Shown here: positions 7,929-15,982 of the stretch, piece after piece
Layout of the letters: every line of letters starts with the position of its first letter
Numbering within the stretch: position 1 is the first letter of the stretch
From: an uncultured Candidatus Saccharibacteria bacterium
GTDB taxonomy: Bacteria > Patescibacteriota > Minisyncoccia > Phycocordibacterales > UBA9973
Length of the DNA: 30,985 nucleotides
Assembly: GCA_964595185.1 (NCBI GenBank)
Contig: CAZQOL010000003.1
Coordinates: 1-30,985 of the forward strand
Direction: 5' to 3'
Position numbers and translations under genes: made by a program
The notes under the pieces: generated by a model
Seen by the model: the letters and a program-made list of their open reading frames with translations, nothing else
Told to the model about the DNA's origin: nothing
The model's database searches: none

Positions 7929-10270
7929 TTATACTATATCACAAACACCTGAAACACAAGCGAGTTCTCTCTTTGCTTCTGTCTCATCTTTTAATTCATA
8001 AGTAATTATTTTTGAAAAATCAAAATCTGGCATTTTGCTTATTAACTCTTTGTATGTTTTTTCATCAATTGCTTCATATGGTGCTAATTGATAAACATGA
8101 TTACTTCGTGGTAAGAAAGACAAACCTCCAACTATATCCCAGTTTTGATAAAGCCAATGTGCCACTTGTATCCATTCATTTTCCCCAACTGAAATAGTCA
8201 CAGATGGGTTATGTTCGGTATAATTTACTTTTACAATTTTCCAATGTTCAAGTTGGTCAATAGCCGAAATATCGTCCTTACAAATTGCCCCCTCTGGTGC
8301 TTTCATCGGAAACTCCAAAACAAAAGTATTAGCTGTATCATGTGTCTGCCCTACTTCAGGATGATAAGGGACACCCTGGTCTTTCATCATTTTAAATAAT
8401 GAGTCGGTTGCAGAAATTCGAATACGACGAATATAGTATGGAGCATGTCGTGGGTGCATTCCCGAAGAACAATCAACAGTCTGAGAAACTGTTCCTGAAG
8501 GTTTTACTGCCGTGATACATGTGGATTCACTAATTCCAAATCTCTTTGAATATATTTTATTGATACGGATAGATTCAAGTTTAAGTTTTTTTAACATCTC
8601 TGCATCACGAGAAAGTTTTGAATCCCACTGACCTGTAACCGAAACTCCCAACAATCTTTCTTCGTCACAGTTCTCACGCCATTCCTTACCTAAATATCCA
8701 AATTTTGTTAATGTCGCTTGATATGTTCCTAGAATAGTTGCAATTCGAACTTTTCTCATTAAATCTTCTTCGGTATCTTCACTTCGAGCAACTACTTCAG
8801 ATAAATTACAAAATTGTCTTGAGCGTAGGATTATTTCACCACAGGGGTTTGTTCCCATCTCACCAATATAGTCAGCTGATTTTTCTAATCTTCTTTTTGG
8901 TAATGTTTTATATAAAGATTCTCGATTAAATATTCCTCGCTCTCCACTGCCTGATTCCATTAAAGCAATCCACTCTTTGAGAAATTGAGTTTCGGTAGGT
9001 TTTGTATTGTAAACTGCTGAGTTGTTAGCAAGCATCCGCTGGCCTTCGTTGACCCAAAATTGGCCATTCTTCGAATCACGCATATCTTGATCATCTAAAT
9101 CAGACAATGAAATAAGGGCGCTTCGGCGAACTCCTCCTGAAACCACACACTCTCCTATTTTACAAATAATATCATGAGCATCAATATTGCGAAGATGTCT
9201 TCCTTGACGACGTAAAATTCTTTCCCGGGTAAATCCAAGTAAATTTATTAAAGGCTGAGGGCCGGAAGATTTTCCTCCCATTATTTTAAGTCTTGCTCCA
9301 GCAGGGCGAAGTAAAGAGAAATCAAAATCAACATCGTTACCCTCAAACCAGGTCTTCATTCCATGCACAAAGGCATCTGCCCATCCTTCTTTTGTGTCAG
9401 GAACAACGTAAGTTGGCAATTTTTTATTTGTCTGAATTTTAATTTGAGGAAGTGATTGAATATTTTTACTTTCAACGGAAAACCGACTCCTGTTCCACAC
9501 ATTGAAATATAAATAATGTCTCCAAAATCTTGGAAAGTAGAAGGAGCCACAAATGAACAGTTGTAAGCACAGACATTTGTTTTTTCCGCCGCCGCTCCAG
9601 CAAATTGTAATAATCGCATCGAAGGCATTGCTTCTTGTTTTAAAATTGCCTCACGAACTTCTTGGTATTCACTTTCTTTCAGTTTATCTCCAAGTTTACC
9701 TTTCATAAAATTTATATATCGGTCAACAGTCTCGATCCAAGTCTCACGTCTTCCCTCTTCTTCAATCCATTTTGCATAACTTCGATAGTAAACGAATTCA
9801 GAAAGTGGATTTCTAAAATATTTTTTACTCTCATCAGTTAATTTTTTTACACGCTCCGGCACTGAAATACCCTGAGCCCGAAGAGAAGCTCTTTCTTGTC
9901 TATATAAAATATAATGCTTTGATGTAATAGTATAGTCTGAAAGCATCAATTGCTTCTCAACAACATCTTGCACCGTCTCCACCGTTGGCGTAAAACCTTT
10001 ATTTTCTTTAACTATACTAGCGATTTCCATGGCAACTTTTTTGGCCACCATTTCTGCTTCTTTCAATGACCCTTCCCCACTAGTAAGCATTGCTTTATTA
10101 ATAGCATTCGTAATTTTTCCAATATCAAAAGGAACGATTTCTCCATCTCTTTTTTGAACGCCCTTAATAAAATAATTCTTGCTAACTTTTTTTAAAGTTT
10201 TTTCGCTTATATTTTTTTCTTTTGCAACGACCATTTTTTTGGCACCAGACATTTTCTTTTGTGAAGACAT
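7929..10270 (-). CDS. nrdJ: Class II (adenosylcobalamin-dependent) ribonucleotide reductase, monomeric RTPR type with N-terminal ATP-cone; 1-nt frameshift at 9479-9482
   Basis: ORFs 9356-10270 (ATP-cone VQKRDG..VPFD..KI, AYNCSF, CGTGVGF) and 7929-9500 (SGGVRRSA, NPCGEI, FCNLSE, VKPSGTVS, C-terminal CVSGVC) join as GVGF-SVE if one T is added to GGTTTTCC, giving 780 aa. Confidence 0.9.
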
Positions 10271-10318
10271 ATTTTTTAAATTTAGTTAATAATGGCCTCG
10301 AAACGTTTTCGGAATTAC

Positions 10319-10348
10319 ATTATACCCCTATGTAAAGTTATCCTGCAA
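10319..10348 (-). promoter_or_regulatory. Sigma70-type promoter of nrdJ (TTGCAG-18 nt-TATAAT)
   Basis: -35 at 10343-10348, -10 at 10319-10324, about 50 nt upstream of ATG 10270. Confidence 0.55.
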
Positions 10349-10500
10349 GGAATTTTGGGTCTTTTTTTATTTAAAAAAACACTATGTAAAAATTTCAGTA
10401 ATACGTCAACTTTATAAAAAATTTTTAGTAAAATTTGGCGTGAAAACACTACTATATAAAGGGCATTCCCGACTCAAAAATTTTGCATTTTTAATTTTTA

Positions 10501-10546
10501 AAAATCTCTCAAAAATTGTAATTTTTTAGAATTTTTGAGAGATTTT
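10501..10546. terminator. 17-bp perfect inverted repeat, probable intrinsic terminator
   Basis: AAAATCTCTCAAAAATT / AATTTTTGAGAGATTTT with a 12-nt spacer and T-runs at the stem base, between paralog C and the nrdJ promoter. Confidence 0.55.
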
Positions 10547-10550
10547 CGTA

Positions 10551-10578
10551 AGTAATTAGTAATCAGTAATTTGTAATT
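10551..10578. repeat. Heptamer tandem repeat NGTAAT(T/C) x4
   Basis: AGTAATT AGTAATC AGTAATT TGTAATT. Confidence 0.8.
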
Positions 10579-10602
10579 ACTTTAATATATTTCTTTTTGA
10601 TA

Positions 10603-10635
10603 GCCCCAGTAGTAGAGCATAGCTCACTACGGGGC
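10603..10635. repeat. GC-rich bulged hairpin just after the paralog C stop
   Basis: GCCCC-a-GTAGT-a-GAGC-ata-GCTC-ACTAC-GGGGC. Confidence 0.7.
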
Positions 10636-10645
10636 AGGCACCTAT

Positions 10646-12355
10646 CTAATAAACCTCATTTTGATAGCAACGTTCGCAGTATATTGTCTCGGGTCGCTCT
10701 GGAGCATAACTTGTCTCAAATTCATTGGTGCATCCAGGTTTCATACACTTCCTATGCCATAATTTTAAAGGATTTCTCTCCCTTATCCTCTCTCCATGAC
10801 GACAGTTAGGACAAAGTCGAGGCAATGGAAGCTTCATACGCCTATAAAAGGCTAACTCTTCAGGTATTATCTTAAATGCTTCCGTGCATTGTTGATTACA
10901 TGCTCCCTTGTGGGCACATTCGATAATTTTAGTGGTTATATCATCAGTTACATCGACTATATTGTCTGGAATATCAATAATATTGTATATATCTATGTGA
11001 TAACTACGTTCTTCCCTATCCTTCCACTTATAGCCTTGCTCAAGAGCCTCTTCTTTAGTCAAGGGAAAATACTCTTGGGCTACGGTTTCATTGTAAGCAA
11101 ATGGTGATAACTCGCTTGGAAAGAATTCCCCATATTTGTAGATCCTGCCCTTGGAGTCAATATATGGCATTTCATTCATATGTTTTATTATCTTTGGGAC
11201 CAATTCTTCGTATTGCTCTTTGGTGTATTGTTTGTTTAGGATGCAGTATTGTTTGGAACGAAGAGAGACACACCCGAAACAATTTGAACAATTTACACAC
11301 AGGTGTAGTAATTCTGAATTTTTATTCCCCTTGCAATGTGAAAAAAATTTAGTCATGTATCCTCCATCAGCGGCCAAAGAAGACTCGTACACAAGTTCGT
11401 TATTCAAACCACCCGATATATCATAGCTATCTTTCGCTCCATTAAACATTCTCCAACAATGTTTAATGTTTTCCCCCTCCACCATAAAACAATTTTTTGC
11501 ATTTTTTGAATTAATTATATTATCACCAGTCGAATCTATGCTATTCACAATATTTGCGAATCTATAAATTTTGTCTTTTCTTAAATCATTAAATTCATTT
11601 ACTGATTTACTAACAAAAGAATATGCCCCCATGTCAAAATCTTTAATTATTCTAAAATATTCTTCTTTTTCATATTTTACATTTCTTATATAATAATTTT
11701 TATTTCTTAATCCATAGCACATAAAACAATTACTACAATTTCGGCAATCAAAAAGAAAATTTGAATCAAAACAATCGCTACAATTATTTAAATAATGAGA
11801 ATTATAAATCTTTCGAGTTATAAAATTTTCATAACAAAATTCTGAAGTATAAACATAGTAACAATCAACCAGATTCTTGCTGCCCTCAGTGAGTCTCGAA
11901 TAATAAATATCCTCACAGTTTGTGGCATTAGAAAGATATATATTTTTTGAATATCCTGTGTAATTGGTATATTCCGAATTTGTATTTCCTAATCCCCATA
12001 AATTAATATTTGGAGTTATGTCCATTAATTCTTTCCATTGAATAAAAAAGTTTTTGCTGAAATCATAATTTCTTCCATATTCGAGTCCATCCCATTTATC
12101 TCCATACCAACAATCATTGCAATAAATCGGAAATTTATTCGATGGGGAATTATTTGTTATTATATTTTTTTTACATAAATCACATTGTTTTTTATAAAGG
12201 ATCCCTTCGTTCCGCCAAATAAAACGCCTTTGTAATCGACACTCCGGGCAAAAAGTTGGAGGTGAAACTTTGATTTTTTCATAAAAAGAAAAATCATCCG
12301 GTTCAATAGTGAAGTCATTTTTACAGTTTTGACATTGTTTGGTCTCGTTTTGCAT
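10646..12355 (-). CDS. Cys-rich zinc-ribbon/repeat family protein, paralog C (569 aa)
   Basis: Same conserved termini and Cys-rich core as paralogs A, B, D and E. Confidence 0.92.
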   Translation of the reverse strand: MQNETKQCQNCKNDFTIEPDDFSFYEKIKVSPPTFCPECRLQRRFIWRNEGILYKKQCDLCKKNIITNNSPSNKFPIYCNDCWYGDKWDGLEYGRNYDFSKNFFIQWKELMDITPNINLWGLGNTNSEYTNYTGYSKNIYLSNATNCEDIYYSRLTEGSKNLVDCYYVYTSEFCYENFITRKIYNSHYLNNCSDCFDSNFLFDCRNCSNCFMCYGLRNKNYYIRNVKYEKEEYFRIIKDFDMGAYSFVSKSVNEFNDLRKDKIYRFANIVNSIDSTGDNIINSKNAKNCFMVEGENIKHCWRMFNGAKDSYDISGGLNNELVYESSLAADGGYMTKFFSHCKGNKNSELLHLCVNCSNCFGCVSLRSKQYCILNKQYTKEQYEELVPKIIKHMNEMPYIDSKGRIYKYGEFFPSELSPFAYNETVAQEYFPLTKEEALEQGYKWKDREERSYHIDIYNIIDIPDNIVDVTDDITTKIIECAHKGACNQQCTEAFKIIPEELAFYRRMKLPLPRLCPNCRHGERIRERNPLKLWHRKCMKPGCTNEFETSYAPERPETIYCERCYQNEVY

Positions 12356-12390
12356 TTTAATTCGTAATTAGTAATTATTAATTATTAATT
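12356..12390. repeat. Heptamer tandem repeat NNTAATT x5
   Basis: TTTAATT CGTAATT AGTAATT ATTAATT ATTAATT fills the 37-nt spacer between paralogs C and D. Confidence 0.8.
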
Positions 12391-12392
12391 AT

Positions 12393-14102
12393 TTAAATCA
12401 CTTCATTTTGATAACATTTTTCGCAATAAATTCTTTCAGATCTATCAGGAGAATATGATGTTTCAAATTCATTACTACATCCTTCTTTCATACAAGACCG
12501 GTGCCAAATTTTTGGGGGTAAAACATTTAAAAGTCGTTCGTAATATCTACAATTTGAACATTTGTTTGGTATTGGAATATTATGTTTTTTATAAAAATTA
12601 TATTCATCTCTTGTTAAGCGAAAAGCCGTAATGCATTTATGATTGCATTTACCCCCATGAACACAGCCAAGTATTTCATTTAGAATTTTATCATCCACAT
12701 TCCTTATATCATCTGGAATATCTTTTTGTTCAATTGTAATATTAAAATTCTTTATTTCAGGTTCATACCATTTATATCCCTGCTTAATTATTTGCTCCTT
12801 CGTAAGAGGATAAATATCTTGCGCTAAAGTTTCATTATAAGCAAAAGCTGAAATCTCAACTGGAAAAAATTCCCCATATCTATATACTCTTCCCTTATTG
12901 TCTACATACGGCAAATCATTCATATGTTTTATAATTTTTTCTCTTAAAGATTCATATTCTTTTTTACTATAAACTTTATTAAAAATTACATTTTCTTTAT
13001 TTCTAATACTTATACAACCAAATAAATTTTTACTCGAAATGCACGACTCAATATATTCGGCGTGTTGAACTGAATCCACCGCCGAATATGAAAATTTGAT
13101 ATCATAATCATTTAATGCTCCGGTGCAATATTCATACAGAAGTTCAGATTTACCGGCATAATCTACATCCATGGAGTCTTTATTATTTAAAACACGAAAA
13201 CAATATTTAGCATTCTCTACATTATATAAATCAAAACAATTTAAACAGTTTTTTGAATTTAATATATCGTTTCCTGTTGAGTTTACAGATTTAATAATAT
13301 TTGCGTAACGATAAAATGCATTTTGACATAAATTCCTAAATTCAAACATTAATAAATCACGTGATTTACGACTTCCTAAATTTAATTTTTCAAGTTCCCT
13401 ATAATAATCTTCTTTATTGTATTGTTTATTTCTAATATAAAACTCCTTATTTCTTTGATTCGAACAAAGAGCACAATTACTACAATTTACACAATCAATC
13501 AAAAAATATGAATCTATGCAATTCCTAGATAACATTAAATATTGAGAGTTATAATTTTTTTCACCCTCAATACTTTCATAACAACTGTCAGATTCTTTAA
13601 TATTATAACTATCATATATGTTAAAGGACTTGTCAGCACCACGAGAATAAAAAATATCTTCTGAACCTAAAACAACAGAAACTGAAAGATAAACATTTTT
13701 GCACTCACCACACATGTTTGAATAATCTGAGTTAATAACATTTCTGTGCCAAATTCCAATTCTTGGAACAATATTTGAAAGTTTTATCCACTGTTTAAAA
13801 AACGGTTCTGAAAAATTATATTTAAAAGCATAATCCGTTGCATCCCATTTATCGGAATACCAACATTTAGTACAGTAAACTGGAAAAGTTACATTATGAC
13901 TATATATTGAAATCATACTATTCTCACATAAATCACAAATGCGCTTGTATAAAGTCCTTTCATTTCTCCAGCTCATCCTCCTTTGTTGCCGGCACTCCGG
14001 ACAAAAAGTTGGAGGTGGAACTTTGATTTTTTCATAAAAAGAAAAATCATCCGGCTCGATAATGAAGTCGTTTTTACAATTTTGACACTGCTTTGTTTCC
14101 AT
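12393..14102 (-). CDS. Cys-rich zinc-ribbon/repeat family protein, paralog D (569 aa)
   Basis: Same architecture; in tandem with paralog C. Confidence 0.92.
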   Translation of the reverse strand: METKQCQNCKNDFIIEPDDFSFYEKIKVPPPTFCPECRQQRRMSWRNERTLYKRICDLCENSMISIYSHNVTFPVYCTKCWYSDKWDATDYAFKYNFSEPFFKQWIKLSNIVPRIGIWHRNVINSDYSNMCGECKNVYLSVSVVLGSEDIFYSRGADKSFNIYDSYNIKESDSCYESIEGEKNYNSQYLMLSRNCIDSYFLIDCVNCSNCALCSNQRNKEFYIRNKQYNKEDYYRELEKLNLGSRKSRDLLMFEFRNLCQNAFYRYANIIKSVNSTGNDILNSKNCLNCFDLYNVENAKYCFRVLNNKDSMDVDYAGKSELLYEYCTGALNDYDIKFSYSAVDSVQHAEYIESCISSKNLFGCISIRNKENVIFNKVYSKKEYESLREKIIKHMNDLPYVDNKGRVYRYGEFFPVEISAFAYNETLAQDIYPLTKEQIIKQGYKWYEPEIKNFNITIEQKDIPDDIRNVDDKILNEILGCVHGGKCNHKCITAFRLTRDEYNFYKKHNIPIPNKCSNCRYYERLLNVLPPKIWHRSCMKEGCSNEFETSYSPDRSERIYCEKCYQNEVI

Positions 14103-14112
14103 GTCTTTATTA

Positions 14113-14129
14113 TTCCAGCCTTGCTGGAA
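14113..14129. repeat. TTCCAGC-CTT-GCTGGAA hairpin, copy 2 of the 15-bp motif
   Basis: Perfect 7-bp stem; 15-mer identical to 1185-1199. Confidence 0.85.
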
Positions 14130-14137
14130 AATGTCAA

Positions 14138-15922
14138 TTAATCTATATTTTCTTCAAATCCACCAGCTTGTAAGTTCCAGAGTTTTTTATAAATGCCCTC
14201 ATTTTTGTTTATCAACTGTTCGTGAGTATCATCTTCAACAATTTTTCCATCTTCAATCACGATAATTCTATCCATCGTCTTCACTGTTGAGAGTCGGTGT
14301 GCAACCACAATTGTTGTTTTATTTTTAATTAAATTCCGCAGTGCATCTTGAATAAGTATCTCTGACTCTGAATCAAGGGCCGAAGTCGCTTCGTCGAGTA
14401 CCAGAATCGGGGCATCTTTTAATATTGCTCGAGCTATAGCTACCCTCTGCCGTTCACCTCCTGATAGTTTAATTCCTCTCTCCCCTACATAAGTATCATA
14501 ACCTTGGGGTAGCCTGTCAATGAATTTATCACAGTGGGCAAGTTGAGCGGCTACTTTAACTTCTTCATCTGTGGCGTCCCGTCTTCCGTAGCGAATATTT
14601 TCCATAAGTGAACGGTGAAATAAAACTGGATCTTGTGGAACAAATCCGATCTGTTCACGTAGATTTTTTTGTGAAATTGTTGTTATATCAATTCCATCAA
14701 TTAAAATCCTACCCGACGTTAAGTTATATAATCTCATTAACAGATTAACAAAAGTAGACTTCCCCGCCCCTGATGAACCAACAATAGCAATTTTTTGACC
14801 CTTAGGTATAGTTAGTGAAAAATTATTAAATACTTTTGTGTTATTCTTGTCATATATATATGTGACATTATCAAAAACAACTTCACCCTTAATATCTTCT
14901 AGGGCCCCTGTTACATTATCTTCTATTTCATATGGCTTATCAAGAATAAGCGCCATTTCTTGGGCGTCAGCAAAACCATCATAAAAAGCTCTAACAATTC
15001 CAGCAAAACTCCAAAGGTTTTCTACTAAACGGCCAAGATAAGTCTGAATCAAAACAATAATAGGAAGAGTCATCAAACCGATTTTCCAATCTCCAATAGC
15101 TATCCAAAAAATTATAAATTCAATTACAACCGCATAAAGACCCTCAATTAATCCCAGGCCTCCCCATAAATACCAATTAAAAACTGTTTTTTCTTTTTGG
15201 TCCTTAATAACTTCACCAACACGTTTGTTCTCATAATCATGTCCAGAAAAAAACTGAACGGATGAATGATTTCCAATAGAATCTGCTAAAGTTCCATGTG
15301 TTTTTGTATCAGCAAAAGCCGCAATGATGTCATACTTAAGTTTTAGTCGTGTATAAATTAAAGCTGTTAACAAAAAAACTATACAAAAAACTAAAAGTAT
15401 ATATGCGTATTTAGGAGCAAGAGTATAAATCGCGATAATTGTTCCAATAGATCTAAAAATAAGAGGTATAACATTATCTACAAATTTATCTATAAGTCTT
15501 TCGAATGCTCTAGCATATTTATTTATTTTCTGAGTAAGCGAACCACTAAAGTTGTTTGCAAAAAAAGAACGGGAATTACCCATCATATATGAAAATGCTT
15601 GTTCACGAAGACCTGCCATTACATTCGCGGTAAAGTAAAAATGACAAAACTCAATTATTCTTTTAATTGCCCAAGCAAGGAGTCCCAAAATAAAAATAGT
15701 TATTACTATGCTCCTAGCTTTTGAAACAAAATCAAAATTATTTGCACTTAATACATTCCAAAGTTTAAGGAATTGAAATGGAATATAAATATCAAGACTT
15801 GCTCTAATTATTGATAAAAATATAACTGTAAAAAACGAAACTTTGAAATTCCTCATTACTTGCCAAAAATACTTCATGACAAGACCTCTATGTAAATTTG
15901 AATAATCTTTTTCTTTTTCCAT
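14138..15922 (-). CDS. ABC exporter, fused permease/ATPase (type IV, MsbA/Atm1-like)
   Basis: TM domain then Walker A GSSGAGKS, signature LSGGERQR, Walker B LVLDEATSALD, H-loop AHRLST. Confidence 0.93.
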   Translation of the reverse strand: MEKEKDYSNLHRGLVMKYFWQVMRNFKVSFFTVIFLSIIRASLDIYIPFQFLKLWNVLSANNFDFVSKARSIVITIFILGLLAWAIKRIIEFCHFYFTANVMAGLREQAFSYMMGNSRSFFANNFSGSLTQKINKYARAFERLIDKFVDNVIPLIFRSIGTIIAIYTLAPKYAYILLVFCIVFLLTALIYTRLKLKYDIIAAFADTKTHGTLADSIGNHSSVQFFSGHDYENKRVGEVIKDQKEKTVFNWYLWGGLGLIEGLYAVVIEFIIFWIAIGDWKIGLMTLPIIVLIQTYLGRLVENLWSFAGIVRAFYDGFADAQEMALILDKPYEIEDNVTGALEDIKGEVVFDNVTYIYDKNNTKVFNNFSLTIPKGQKIAIVGSSGAGKSTFVNLLMRLYNLTSGRILIDGIDITTISQKNLREQIGFVPQDPVLFHRSLMENIRYGRRDATDEEVKVAAQLAHCDKFIDRLPQGYDTYVGERGIKLSGGERQRVAIARAILKDAPILVLDEATSALDSESEILIQDALRNLIKNKTTIVVAHRLSTVKTMDRIIVIEDGKIVEDDTHEQLINKNEGIYKKLWNLQAGGFEENID

Positions 15923-15924
15923 AA

Positions 15925-15950
15925 AACAAAGGGCTTTTAAGCCCTTTGTT
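15925..15950. repeat. 12-bp inverted repeat abutting the ABC exporter start codon
   Basis: AACAAAGGGCTT-tt-AAGCCCTTTGTT, between a TATAAC -10-like box (15952-15957) and ATG 15922. Confidence 0.8.
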
Positions 15951-15982
15951 AGTTATACCATATTAATATGATTTCTCAATAT

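Noticed and set aside
9356-10270. Genuine two-subunit (split) RNR or alternative genetic code
   Set aside because: The break is a 1-nt shift in a homopolymer inside a conserved motif, not a stop codon; TGA acts as a normal stop elsewhere (e.g. 20357-20359).
7898-12390. CRISPR array interpretation of the intergenic repeats
   Set aside because: Units are 7 bp and contiguous with no unique spacers; no cas genes.
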